A stretch of 64,000 nt of DNA from Reclinomonas americana ATCC 50394. Its lineage: Eukaryota. The notes under the pieces are model-generated. The model was not told where the DNA came from. It was given only the letters and a program-made list of their open reading frames with translations, and made no database searches. Below, piece by piece: positions 37,001 to 52,000 of this stretch; positions within the stretch are counted from its first letter, which is position 1; the number at the start of each line of letters is the position of its first letter. Location: NCBI GenBank assembly GCA_048213135.1, contig PS015252.1:64233-128232 (forward strand). The letters run 5' to 3'. Both the position numbers and the translations under genes were made by a program.

Positions 37001-40000
37001 GATGGGCCGCAGCAAATACCTCAAGAACGGAGGCAGGGCTTGGCGCCGACATCAGGAGGCTGAGCACCATAACAGGATCCTGCAAGAAGTTTTCACTCCA
37101 CACTTCCTTGACAATGTCCCACGGAATTGTGGCGTTCACATCCTGCGAGCACGGTAAGCAACGGGAACATGAGAGATGCAGGAGCATGCCAAAAGAAGTA
37201 AACACACCAATTCGCTCTTGATCTGCGACACCACCCCACAGGGAATGAGTACGTGAAGGTCAGCAACACATAGGCAACGACAACCGACAAAAAGACGTAC
37301 CCAATGCAAATTCCGATACACGCGCGGGTTGTCCACTCGCCGGCACACTGCACGACACTCTCCCAAGCTGGAGACTGGCACAACACCAGCCACGCGAGGG
37401 AATCCCTCCTGTAGAACGAAACATGAATAACTTTTGAACGGATGGTCGCTGGTTACGTCGAGCTGCGCAACTTGATCAAAGACGTCGAGACACATGAGAG
37501 CAGCAGGATCATAGCCAACGTTCAAGTCGCAGGCATTTGTCACGTATTTGATCCACAAGGTCAGTCGCATCAACGGATGCATCTGACGAATGCGCGGTGA
37601 ATTGTGCGCGACAAACTCCGGGAACGACATGCACACTGTGGCGCGTGCGGTAAGTATCGGCAACAAAAGCGCAAGCAAGCATACATTGCGCACCATCAGC
37701 TTGGTCCAGCAGTGCCACCTGACGATGGCACGCACGTGCGCTGTGAGTTACCACCAACAAACAAGTAGTCGATGTCACTAACCGAATACACGAAGTTTAA
37801 CGGAGCTGCAGCCATGCCTGGGCAGGTGAATCCATCGCCGGCCTGTTGCCATCCCAACAGTGGCGCAACTCGCCGAGATAGATTGTCAACACCGGCACGA
37901 TAGCGATACATGAAGTCTCGACTCACGAGGTTGAGGATGAAATTGACCAAATCACTGTACCACTGCGTCAGCAACATGTACACACAAACGCACACAAGAG
38001 TGGGAAGGCGAGCAATTCTTCACCTGGCGAGGTAGACGCCGATGGTGTGATCCTTTGCCAACAAACTGTTGACAAAAATCTCTGGCCACGCCTGTAGCGC
38101 CTGCTGCTTTCTCAAGTTGTCGTTCAACAACAATGCAACACGAATCGACAAAATGTCGTCGCCGAAGAGCATGCGACACGCGATGCTCCACTGATGGATC
38201 AGATGGTAGCGCAAACGAGCGTCCTCGCTCACCTCCGTGGCTTGCAGGTAATCCGGCACGCCTGAGATGCACTGCAGAATCTTGTCGATCTACGTGCAAC
38301 GGCGAATGAACCACACGATGTGAACACATACACGAAAGAAATATGAAAAGGAACGAAGATAAACCTTCAAACGACCAATCGAAAGTCGACCTCTTCGATC
38401 CAAAACCAGTGTCTCATCCGTGCGGTCGTGGCGATTCGCAATAAGGACCACACGCGGCTTGACGCGCTGTGCATGTAGCCAGTCAAACAGTTCGCGCTTG
38501 CTAACCTCGGTCATCTACACATGTTAAGGTGCTGGTATATAAGACAAACACGCACGCCCACAGCAACAGGCATCTCTCATTTGCAAACCAGATGGAATTC
38601 GTCGATAATAAGCAGCGTCCGACCTGCATCCACGTCTCGGAACTGCTCATTGAGAACAGACCGAATTGGGCCTGCGGCGAGGGTGCAAGCAGAATCAGGA
38701 CCTCATGCAGGCAACATACTTCCAGTCGATTGCACCACGCAACGTCGAATGAGAAGATCATTTGAGCCGTCGATGCGCACTGTGCGATATCGCCCACGAA
38801 CTCCCGCGGTCACAAGCGCGAGCAGAAGTTCATACTCGAACGCCGCCTCGAACGATGCCGCTGCTTGCTGCTGCTTACGCGCGCACAACTCCTCTCGAGA
38901 CTCTTCACGCAAGAAGTCGCGGATGCGCTCGAGGAGGTACGTCTTGCCGGCACCAGGCGGTGTGATGATAAGGAAAGGAGCACCAGGCCGAAGACCAGAC
39001 AGGCCCGCTCCGAAGACAGTGCGCAGCAAATGCGCCTCCCAATTTGTGCGCTTCGCTGATGCAACATGTGCATTCCAACGTCCGCACATCTGCAAGTCGA
39101 ATCAGTCACTGAGTATATACGACGACAGAGCGACAAGTGAGATGTCGGGCATCAAAGTAACCTGCAGCTCGCGGTCACCCATTGCCGCGGCGACTGAATC
39201 AATTGAAAGAGAAGCTTGGTCGCCTCGATGAAAGGAAAACTGTTTGACCCGCTCTATAGAGTGTGCTGAATTGACTTGCATGTGCTTGGAGTCCATGAAA
39301 CGGATGCGATCTCGGACCTGCATGAATTATACGATATCAGCAGCGTGGGCAATGCGAAAGCAGCATGTTGTGGTTCAACCTCGGGCAGATTCCGAGAACA
39401 GTCGAGGTCTTGAATGAAAAACCAGCACCTACAGACTTCAGTTTGAGAGGGCGGGAAGCGACATGAGCACGATGATTGGCTGGGTACAAACCACGGCTGG
39501 TCCTTGGAAAACTCGAGAATCCACTTGAGCAGTCGGTCGGCAATCATGTAATTCGGAGGGGCTGAAAGCAGTCAGCACAATCATCAGAACGCAGGCAAAC
39601 GCAGAATATTCGATCAGCACAGACCTTCCAGCACGATAACAAAGTTGGCATCGGAGAGCAATGCCAACATTTCGCCATACATGTACTCATTGGAGCGCAC
39701 CGTGGTGAGACGATACACCTCGTGAGGCAGTTCGGCATTGTTGCCAAGATCCACAAGCTCGCGCACGTCCTACACACATGAACAGACTGAGAAAGATGAA
39801 CACTACATGTCACCAACAACACAAATGACTGCAATGCGCAACTTGGCGCTTCATGGAGAGCACACCAAATCCATCCTTGCGATGCAGGAAACGAGCCCTC
39901 GTTTGCCCGAGTGCAACTGTCAAATTTTGCAGCAATTCTTGAACTGGACATACTTGCTTCAACGAGGAGAGGATGATGCGGCACTGGATTGATTCCTCGC

Positions 40001-43000
40001 CCTGCGATTTCGCTCGCTGCATCAATAGCCATGTACTAAACACGACAGGCAGCTCAAGAACTCAAGACAAACCACAGCGAATGCTCCTCGACGCCTGATC
40101 ACGGGAACTCGCGGTGGATCTGGAGGCTCACCATTTTGACCAACGCCCTCTATCGTCTCCGCAAAAAGTTCCTCCATCAAGTATGCGCGAGCAGCTTGTG
40201 AAAGAGGCGCGACAAGAACGTGGTAGAGCCACCGCCGGAAATCAGTGCTTGGATTGCTAAGCCGGGCACTGTAGCATCGGAGCCTGCAACATCGTTCGGT
40301 GAGTGGACACGCAAAGAAGAAAGACAAACAATAGCAGTGCATGACAACAATTACACGCACGTACTAAAGTCGCCCGTGAGGACTGCCAATGTGACGCCCT
40401 TTCAACCCCAAAGTGAGCATGAGGATCAAATAATGGAAGCGATCGGAATTGACAGCCAAACTCTACCTTGGCGAATCGCCACTCGTGAACTCGCGTTGGC
40501 GGCTCCAGCACAAGCAGCGGCAACGCTCTTCCATTGACGTCGAAAACGCTTGGCACGTCATCACCGGGAGGCGCAGGGATGTTAGCAAGGTCCGGGTGAG
40601 GAGTGATGCCAATGTGCCCGGCTTCGTCGACGGCAAGTGTTGGTAACAGGCCGAGGCCGCAGGCGAGATCGATGAAATCATTTGCGCGCGCAAACAGAGC
40701 TTCATGTGGAAACAGTTGAGGGATCAGTTGGTCCAAGTCACGTCCCGGACGGAAGTGTTGCAGCGGACCCTAAGAAGTGGCGATTAGCAGCTAGCAGTCA
40801 CGTGAGAGAGATACAAATACACACAAAATCACAGGAGACGCAACAGAAGCATTGGTCACCACTTCAACAAGCTCGTGGACCTCGAGATCCGACAGGTTGT
40901 ACCGTTGAAACACACCGTCTAACCACTCCCTAGTCTCCCTTTCGAGTTGACGCAAGTATCGGCCACTGCGAAGCAATTCAGGAGGGACTCGGAACCCATC
41001 CAGCTGCTGCCGGAGGCGCTCGGAGACGGTTTCAGTCGTACGCAGCACATGTCCCAGCATGATTTGCATATCCAGAATGCGCTGGGATTCGGCATTGACA
41101 CAGATTGAGTTGATGAGATACGTCAATTTGGACATACACGCGAGAACTCACATCTGTGTACAGTTCAGGCCGGATGTCCAGTGGCGTACAGGAGAGCAAG
41201 AATTTCGGACATCTTGGTGGTTCTGGGATCGTAGTCGCATGTTCTCTTACAAAATTGACGAAAGCAATGAGCAAGCGACGGTTGTGGCCGGTGAATCCGA
41301 GGGCAGTAGCGCCGACGAGAACATTCAGCGGGATTGGCTACACACACGGGCGACGATCGAATTAGGAGACGCAAGCACAGACAAGTTGTGACAAACACAA
41401 CAACCGCTCACAAGATGATCGCAGCACGAGCGCAAGAGCGGTTTGTAGGACATGCCTACCAAACCCTCCATGTCAAATATGTGGACCTGAGTGACGTAGT
41501 ACAACATGAGATCATTTGCTGTCCGAGCGCACGCAAAAGCATATGATGCAAAGTGTGCGCACCTTCCATGCATCACCGGCTGTGCGCCTCAGTATCATGC
41601 CACGGCCGACAAGTACCGAATCGGTGGGATACATCTGAAGCACAGACCAGACAGATTCGGCATCGGCATAGAAACGCCATGATGATCCACGAGACTGTGT
41701 AATAGCCTCGTGAGATGACGAATGGCAGCCAGTGAATCAGAAAGATCCATTTGCGCATCGACGCAACGTAGTCCTCATTCTCGGCACGACGCGACGGGAC
41801 CACGTGAAGAATGTTGCGACCCTGCTCGCCGAATCCGAGCCACTGGCACTCCACTTCACGGTTCTGCAACAGCCATCCCTTGTCTGCACGCGACACAAGC
41901 TAGAGTCAGATGAAGGGGAACGTGAGAATCAGGGACACGACTGCTGGCGAGCAAACCCGTAGCCAAGCGAATCTCTGCCGAGTATTGCTGAATGTGCACA
42001 ACGAAGAGATCGGGGCAGAGCACCAGAACTGGAGACTGATCTGTTGTGCGTAGCGCCGGTAGCGCATTCTGATCATCGCCTGTCGGCTGCGAGCCCCCAG
42101 CGCTATTCGTCACGGAAACAGAACTCGACTGAAACAACTCACTGCGATGGGACAGCTGCACGCTTGCGTGAGCAGCGTGCCCGTCATCGGCTGGGTCATT
42201 GGCACCCAATGCATCTGCAACAATGATGCACAATAAACTGAGGTTCACAGGCACGGACATGACATAATGACGATGTCCTTACCCCCATGAGCAGCGTTCT
42301 GACTCGCAAAGACATCAGCCTGAGCAATCTCAGTGTGCAGCTGCTGAATGTAGGCACGGTCGAGCGACGCCGTGCAAGCCAGCGGCAGAGATAAATCCAC
42401 TGCGCGCTGACCCAGAGTGCCCATGTAGCGATCCATTGCATCACGCTGCATGTAATGAGAAAGTTGAGAATTCTAGTGCAAATAATTCAATTCCGAGTAG
42501 AAAGGGAAACTGAACGCACAGGGATGCCGCATCGCTGAGCCTCGATCGTCGTCCATCTCAGCTCTCGAAAAGTGGTACTGCACACTTCCAAGTCATGGCG
42601 GTCATACTCCTGCAGCAGGCACTGAAGTGGATACGACGACGTCACTCCGAGACCAAATCGAGCCACGGTAAACCGGAAGACAGCTGTCGCAGGGCGTGAG
42701 CAACACACACGTACAGATTGCACTCAGTACTAAACGGCAGTAAGCGTAACCTGCCACGTATTCCTGCCGGGGCTGCCGTGTACCAGCGAGACCAGCAACA
42801 TATCGCTCGATGATCGAGCTGACATATACGTCGCGCAGATTTGGAAGTTCGCTGTCCACGCGCAGCACGGTTTGCGCAAATGCACAGCAACAGTCTCGAA
42901 CAAACAGTGTGTTGCTGACGTTATTGGCCAACGGCGCAGCCCGGCGTGAAAGTGCGACACCAAATATTCTGCCAAACTCAGAAGGGACTGTTCCGTACAA

Positions 43001-46000
43001 GCGAAGCAAGTCTGAGTCGGTCAGGATGGATTGCTGCGGACCACGTGTCAGATAGACCACCAGCTACCAGCGTGAGGGAGCGACAGCGGGAGTAGCTCAC
43101 CTCCGACTCGGGCATCAGGCGCATCATTTCGGCCCAACGACTGAGCCCTGCGTTGTATGCATCGAATCTGCGTGATGAACTACGGGTTAGACGGCGGACA
43201 CTCGTTCATCGGGAAAATGAATCAAGCTCACCCAGGCACCTCGTCGAGACACAGCAACGCCGATCGGAACACGTCTGCCACGTGTCTGTGAAGTGAGAAA
43301 GCACACACAAGGCAAGAGTTACGCACGCAGACACACGCACCAAGCGTGCCAGCCACATCTTCCGGTCGTCGGTGACCAAAACGGAACAGTGACCGCGGTC
43401 GATTGAATGTTGAATTGAGCGTCGACGGCAGTGGCACGAGTGTCTGTGTTACAGAGATGAGCTTCGTCGGCGATGGCCGAATAACTTGACACGGAGGCCG
43501 TGCACACACCATGCTCCTGTTGATTTGCTGGGTACGAGCGATCTCCTGGAACGCAGGTTCGAGCGGGTCGGCGGCTGCGGTGAGTGAAGCTCGCAGGACC
43601 TGCAAGCGACGTAAACATACACATCACCACTGTGAATACGTTCAAGACAGTGAAAAGAGAGCCACGGAAAAGACGCAACAGTCTTGTCTCCAGCAGCGGC
43701 TTGAAGCAATCGCCTCCGCTCGGCACTCGGGTGCATCCACAGCCGCAGACGGTCCAGAGAAACGCCGCCGGAAAGGAACCAGAGAAGGACGACTGGGAGA
43801 GCAAAGTGATTATCGGGGTGATTGACAGCTGCACGAAGCAAGCACACGAAACCTAAAGCCACCAGGCCACGTGTTCCGGACTCTCGATCAATATTCGCGT
43901 ACGAGTCAAGCAGGGCGAGTCGATCAATGCTGCGCAACACAGCGATATTTCGACTGATGGATGCCGTCGTCATGCCTTCCAAAACGTTGAAAGTGAACGA
44001 GAGTTCCTTGGCGATCAGCTGATGCACCGAGTCCACCGGAGCCGCCAAGGTACCACTCACGTCTGTATTGAACTCCGTGTCCCAGTCCAGCGGAGCAAAC
44101 TGGCGCAATGGCATATACCGAATCAGGGGATGACAATTCTCGAACAATAAACACCATCATGCCACCTGTGCCTGGTCGACGCGACGTCGCTGGTCAATGA
44201 TCGTGTGCAACTCGTACGCATGCATGCCAGAAGGATAGCGTGGATCTGGCTCTTGATTGGTGATGAGTAACGAAACAAGATTCAGTGGTCGATCGCCCAT
44301 GACGTGAGCGTAAAAGTTGAACAACTCAGGTTCCAATCGGTACGACTGTGAGACAATAGTGAGCAGACAGAACAACGCAGCATATAACGGTACGTAGTAC
44401 CGCACTGTGCGAGACACACCTGCACGAAATAACGAGCAAAGTCGTCACAAAGGTCGGGATTTTGTCTCACAAATCGCTCATGTGCAGTCATCGGATGCCG
44501 ACGCATTTCCTTCAGCGAGCGGTGAGCAAGCCACATCTTACTGGCAATCAATCTGCGCGAGAGGCGACGCAACTTGGAACCACGCCACTTCATCGGCACG
44601 GGGTACCGCAGCAAGAGGCTCGACAGGGTGGATACACCACGCCAGCATCATAAGGAAGCGATTGTTGGTATACAGACGCTCACGCAAGTCAGCCTGCAAT
44701 ACAAAAAATGTAAGTTGCAACACCGGCTTGTACTCCACGGAGTGAATGGACGTACCGCGCGACGAGCGAGCGAAAGCAACGAGCCAATGTGCGCGCCTCC
44801 ACCACCGATGTGCCGACCGATTTCATCGAGGATGCTGAAAACCGATTCGCCAGCTGTGACGATTTCACACAGGTTTAAGTTCGCATGCGCAAACTCAAAG
44901 TCGAGCAGGGGCAAGTACGCAACATGTGATGCGCTGGCGAATGTTTGCATCCGAAAACTGATCACAGAACACCTCTGACATGCTTTCGATGACAATGGCG
45001 GCCCGCTCTTCACCAACATCGCCAAGAAGCCCGAGATTTCGATGCCTCTTTGCCTCGAGCACGCGACGCAATCTCGATGATTGCGGCAGACGGTTGCACA
45101 ATTGCTCGGCGGATAGCAAATCGCTATGAGCTGCGCATGCCCTTGTCAATATCAACGGGTTCAAAGTTATTGGTCACAACATGACTCTCGCCCAACTCAC
45201 CAACGATGAGGTCGAGGAGAGAAAAAATGTCGTCTCGGGTGAGGCGTGGTGAGGCGTCAAGAGCTGCAATCCAGTCCATGAAAAACGCTTGATTGTCCGC
45301 GTCTTCGGGCTGCACAATAGCTGAAGCTGTGAGTACGAGGGCGACACCACAACAATAACATATTCACATACTCACCTCGTAGATTTGCACGACGAGATTG
45401 ACGAAGTGCTCAATCCTGGCATCTCTCTGATCCGCATCAGCCGCAAGCCTATTGATTATCAACGGCATGCAATGGCCACTGCAGCGTGCAACGAATTCAC
45501 GCATGCTATCGACGTCAGTTGTCGTCGGCGACCGCAGAGTGACGTAGTTCAAAAATCCTTGGAGAATGGGCAGCTGCACGCGAATAGGTAATCAATGTGC
45601 ACAGTCAAACACGATTGCAAGCGCACAGTTCGCCGAACAACGTCACCTGCAATAGCCCGCCTGCAGAGCCACTCACTGCGACCTCATTCGACAGCAAAAA
45701 GTGCACAAAGGCGGCACCAAAGCGTTGTCGACTGCACGCGACACAGGTCGATAAAATTAGGCGATCCGGGTACGCTATGAATTCAAGATTCGACACCGCA
45801 ACTCGGCAATTAGTGCATCGGCATCCTCTGGCGTGATAGTAAGCAGTTTCTTGTGGACCGCATGGTGAATGAAGAGCAAGTCCAGAGGACCTATTCAACA
45901 ACACAGCAGTTGTCAATGACACGGTGTGTCACATTCGCTAACACGCGTACAGCATCGTACCATTGAGCGACAGCAAGATGCGGAGAGTGTGCACATGCGG

Positions 46001-49000
46001 CTGGCGAATGGTAATCTGCATGCCATTACGATCGAATGAGCAACAAAAATTCGGCAGCACACAAAAAACACAGCCAACAGCGAGAACGCAACGGGAATTT
46101 CCAGCAGCACGTCGATCTCCTCATTCGAAAACTCAGTATGCTGAATGTACCCGCCCATGGTAAGGAACCATCGAAGCACCAGGCACACTCGGCGGACAGC
46201 TTCCGAGTGCTGTGAGTCACACAGTTAGCGATTCGAGACTTCTTAAGTGAGTGATAACTGATGTGCACTACACGCACCACCGAGAGCTGCAAATGTCGCG
46301 AAGTGACCATGTCTCGGAGCAGTTCCAGCTGGCGAATCATCGTCTCATCGGGTGAAGTCTCCGCCATAACTTCGAGAGTGATGACCAGAGCCTGAATGGG
46401 GAAGTGGCTGAGGAACTTGAGCGGGAACGACGACGATGTGGTGACGTGAAGAAGCTGGCGGAGGGTGAGCTTGAATCGGAAGAGATGCTCAGCCAAGGCG
46501 TTCCAGTCAAGCGAGTCAGGGTGCACAGTGAGCCGCAGGAGGTGCTGTTCGAACATGGTGATGCTCGTGATGGCATTGGCCTCGCGGACGGCATACTGGA
46601 TCGGGCTGCATCAACATTGGTTCGTGAATGCGAGGTTCATGCACCAAGAGCACACTCGAGAACAGGAAACGAACCATATGTCAAGATCAGTGGCACCGGT
46701 AGCGGCTACGGCACGTGTCTGTCTCACACTCCTAAATAGAGACTGCAGAACCGTCGAACTGTCCGTCGACAGGACCAGAGCGGTGCCAAAAATGGGTCTT
46801 GGATCGTGCACATCCGGCAGGCCATCCAAGCGCAGCAGTCGCACATACAGCTCCATGATGAGCTGTTGCGGAAGGAACTGGAGCACGGGCGCCATTTCAA
46901 GGTCGAACATCAAGTCCTCCAGCAACACATCTTGCTGCAAGCCGCAGCACAGACACATAAAAAATCAGCTTGCACCACAAAAAATGCACTCGAGATGCTT
47001 CTGCGCACCTCTGGTGGCTCTGCCAGCCGCGTAGGATGCAAAAATGTCACGTACAGCAACCCAAAGAACAAACGTGGCTCGAGGATGCGGATGGAAGAAT
47101 CTACGATGGGGAGCTCCGACCGCAACTGACGGGTGACACCGTCAACACCACTTTTCAAGAATGTGGCGTGAAGTTGGCCAACAGTGAAGTTAATCAATTC
47201 TGCAACCACATCGGTGTCTATGCGGTTGGTACAGGCGGTCTCGGGGAAACGCTCACGGAGCAATTGCAGCAATGCCTCTCGAGCCGGACCGTCGCTCGGG
47301 CTGAACATGCCGGCAACTAGGGGAACTATTGCGGAATTAACCCAGCTACCGCATGATACTCTGTGCATTCGAGCCGAAACATCAACAACCGACAGATGGA
47401 CGAGAGTGGGTGATCAATGAAAATACTGCCGAACCTCAGAGCTCGGAAAAAGGCTCGGAAGGATTCCTCACGAGCGGCAACTTGACGCTGATCGGCGGAC
47501 CGCTGAGCGATGGCCAATCGTCCGGCAATCGATTGAACGTCTTGCGGGACCTGATTCACAGAAGGGTCGTACGCCGGCATTCGCACTCTGCCACAGGGAC
47601 AAGTGGCTGCTGAGACGCAATTCGACTTCATGATCAACCACAAGGCAAAAAAAGGAAACCTGTACGTTTCCACAAGCTGCGCAACGCCTTCGACCTTCAG
47701 CTGACAGAGCACCGGAAGTCGATGACTGAAAACGAACACGGCCTTGACAATCGGCTCGACACTTTCGCGCTGACGCACTGCGCACTGCACTGCCAATTGG
47801 CTGACTTGATCCTCGTCCAAGTGCTCAGAGTAGAGGAACACGAGAGCGCGCTCGGCTTGCGGCGACTGCTGGACACGGAGCACAGTCTGGCGCAAGTTGG
47901 CCAGATTTTCGAACTCTCGACGGCAGTCAATCGTCTGCCAAACAGTCCGTCCCCGCTCACTTTTTAGTGCACACGGATGTGGAGGGATTGACAAATTGCT
48001 CTCACCTGCACATTGAGATGCACGCCCACGTGCTCGCCAAACAGCGACATGTCGCGGCATTCGACAAAGAAGACGTTGGCAAATGCATGTTCCGTGTCAG
48101 CCGCACTGCGAATGTGCTGGAACAATCGCTCCGTATCGGACTCCGCCGCAATACGGGCTGTCACAGCGGGCGCCAAGCTCTCGAGCACGGGGAGGAATTC
48201 GTTCAGACGAGAAACGCTATTGCGTTCCATATCGACACGCACTGGCGACAGTTGACTGTACAGCTGCGGTGCACCACAAAGTTTGTACAAAGACAAGTGA
48301 GTGACAGGAATGAGCATCAAACCTTTGGGGCGGGGCGCAGCACGCGAAGAGTGCTTGTCGGCACATACAAATGAGCAAATAGCTCCGGCGGCAACATGTA
48401 TAGACTGCGAAGTGCGTTCTCATCCGTCACTGTGACAACGAAAGTGAGTGCACACTCCAGCTAAAAACCAGCTCATTTCCATAAGACTACACCGATAAAG
48501 GTTCGCAGTTGCGGTTGCTGGCACGTGCGCAACAAATGCTGCAGTACCGACGTTGACACCGATCCCTGAAGCCACACGGTGGTGAACTGGAACATGCAGC
48601 GCGATGCCTGTGACTTGCAGTGTGAGTGCCAGCGAGGCAACGAGAATGTTTCCAACAATGCACACAGCATCAAACCTCCTCGCGAATGCACTGCACTTCA
48701 TGGTGAACGTTGAGCTCTGTGACCTCGTGACTGTGCATAAAGACGAGAGAGAGAGATGGTGTGAACATATGGCATGAAGACATGCTGGGAAGCAGAGACG
48801 CAACGCTGAAGCTGGAAAGCCACCCTGATCAATGACTGGACAGCACAGGCAATTTAAGATCTTAATCGACGACGATGCACACTTCGGCTCAGGAAAACCA
48901 CGTACTCATGGTGAGAATGCGCATTTGCTCGCGCGACACGACTGCAATTGGCTTGCTCTGATGCTGTTGTCGCGGCAGGTGACACGTGAATACAATGAGT

Positions 49001-52000
49001 CACAGTCCAGCACATGCAGAACAGAATCCACTCACCACATCATTTGCCGACTGCGCCAGCGCGAGGAATGTCTCGCGCACATCGTCCTTGAAGGCTGCCT
49101 CCATGTACGCCACATCAATATCCTCTCTGCAAGCACGCAATGAAATACACATCGCAAATGCTCCGAGCAAGCGTAGACACGACGCAACAGCACGTTGTTG
49201 ACAACACTCTCAAACATGCTTCGCATGTCAGAACGGAGACGCTCAAAGATGGGCAAATTGGCAAGCAACTCCAGCGAGACAAACGTGAGCACATTTGTCA
49301 ATTGTCGCAGCTGCCCCCCGATGACAGAAGATCAGTCGGCGACGGAGAGACTTTCTTGTTGCAATGAACATGCCGCGACACGCAACTCTTGCTGCCGACA
49401 ACTCGCGCTGCACGCGGTTCTGTTGTCTGCGAGCATCTACAGTACAGATAGATCAGGTTCTGCAGCTGGTACTGCGCAACGGAGAGCAGTACACAACACC
49501 TTCCATGTAGTGATGTAAGAGTAGGGCCAGCTGAGCGGCGGACTCGCGTGGTGCCAGTGTCTGAGCAGCAGCCGTGAGAGCTTCGAAGAAGCGCGTGACA
49601 GACGAGACATCTCGGCGGTGAAGTTGCCACTGCACACGAGCGCGAGATGTCAGAGTGAGTGACAGCGCAAGCTACAGTCGACTGCACAGCACTACAAACC
49701 AGCATAGCGTAGCGCCGATGTGGGACTCCATCGAAAGCGACGGTTGACGGCACAACTTGCACGATCTGTCCCGAGAAGCCGCATCGGTATTCGGCAATGG
49801 CGTCGGGATTGGTGACATCGATCTGACACACAATCGTCTCGCCGTTCGCCTGTTCTCAGCGTTGAGTGTCGATGAAGGATGCAACGCGCACTGGCCTGTA
49901 AAAGCAACTCGCCATCGCCTCGATGATGAGGTGCGTCGGTGCAAGGTATCGGTCCTGTCCGTCCACACCAGGTGCAGTCTGCAACAACTGCAGCAGCTCT
50001 TGTCCACGGGCGTCGTCTTCCACCAGCTCGAATATCGGAATACCGTCCTCGTTGTACGCGACTGGTTGCTTGGAGTATGCGTACTTTACAGAGAGTAGCA
50101 GACCGATCTGCGAGGTACTCATAAGCCACCGACAGGCTCAGTCAACAAGCAGCACCCACGCACCTCAAACATGGTGACCTGTCGATTCCGTGGATCCGTC
50201 GGCTGCGTAGAGAGAGTCAGTGCATGGATAGCAACGACGGCAAGGTATATCGCAGGTAGCTCAACGATATGAACGCTGTGAGTCTTGAGGAAGGCAGCGA
50301 TGCGAACGGTGACCATCGTGCCAATAAGGCGTGGAAACACGCTGACACGACAAATGGTGTCGAGCTTGAGGCTGGCGCGCACGACGTCACTGGCGTATCG
50401 GTAGCACGTTGCCGTCAAGGCACTGCGAGCGTACAACTCTTCAGCACTATCGGAGTCCAACTCGGGAAGATCAAACTCGAAGAGTCGAATGATGTCGCGC
50501 CACTGCCAATGCAAAGAGCAGCAGCGCCGTGTGACTATACAGTCTAACGGGAGGGGCAGGAAGAGGTGCATACACACCGCATTGAGTGATCGGTTCTCCA
50601 CAAGATCCAGTTTGCACGAACGGTGCGGACGACGACCCGGTGGCGATAGCAGCTGCTGACACAAAGCAACGCGTTGCTCTTCGGCATCTTCCATCGCAGG
50701 AGGCTGTCGCTCGCGAACAAGGTCGGTGAGGCAGCTATCGAGTTCATCACGTTGCTCGGCAGTCCACTCTGTCTTCGATGCTCGCATGCACAGCCATAAG
50801 TCCTTTAGCATCTCCACAAATTCCTCCGGCCCAACGTGGTCGATGACTTCAGCGAAGCGGCGGTGGGAATCCTCTTCCACGTCCGACGAGGAGTCTCGGG
50901 CGCAGACACGGTGCAGCTGCTCCAAAAACTCGTCGCCGTTGACGTCCACCGGCCCTTCACTTGTCTCCAGCTCCAGCCCATACTCTTCGAGCCACTACAC
51001 AAGAACAAGATGGTGAACACAGAGGAAGGAGTGTGCAGAGCGTAATTGTAAACACCGACCTTCACCACCAATGTGTGGTCAGTCTCGCTGAGTCTGTGCG
51101 CGCATTGGAGGTTCAGCAGAGGGAAGGAGGGAGAAGTGAGGAGAAGCGAGGAGATGGAGAGAGAGAGAGAATGTGTGTGTGAGAGAGAGAGACCAAACAC
51201 GCATTACCTGCGGGCGGGCGGCAGGATGGAGACGAAGAAGCGCAGACCATCACGCAGTCGCGGAACGTCGACCACGTCGGCATTCAGCTCCGCGACCGCG
51301 TTGGGAGACAAGCCAGCTGGAGCTGCCGATCGCTCGATGCAGCGAAAGAGCGGCGAGAACTCCGGGCGGCGATAGTGTCGTTGGAAAGAGGGCGAGAGTG
51401 ATTCGAGTCGGAAGTCGCCCACGTTCTGGCAAGAGAGAAGGAGAGTGAGCGCGAAAGAGAGAGGGAGAGGGAGAGAAAGAGACGCGGAAGACGAATGATG
51501 ATGTGATGCAATCAAGTGACTGACATGACAAGCATAGCAGGGAGGATCGCAAGAGAACAAACAGGGATGCATGTGTGTGCGTGTGTGTGCATGTGTGTGT
51601 GTGTGTGAGTGTGTGTGTGACAGAGAGAATGTCATCTCGCACATCGTACTCGTAATTCTCCAGCTCACGGAGCATGGCGACGACGTACGCGAGGTCCGAT
51701 CGCGCCAAGCGTGAATCGAGGAGCCGGACGAAGCGCACTGCGCGGCGACCGGCGCCCATGTCGTATTGCTGTGACACGAGGAGCACACATCATTCGTCAG
51801 CAATGCCAAAGAAGAAGTCGGTTCTCGTCGCTGGCTGCAATGGATTGAACAAACCCGTCGAATGTCATCTTGCATAGGCACCTCGAACCCGGCGGTTCGC
51901 TGCATGCAGCATGACCAAGCGTGAGACAGGTGGTAGTTGACGATTACTCACTTGACAGCAACGCGCATACGAACCACTTCATCGCAGAGTTGCTCCACTC

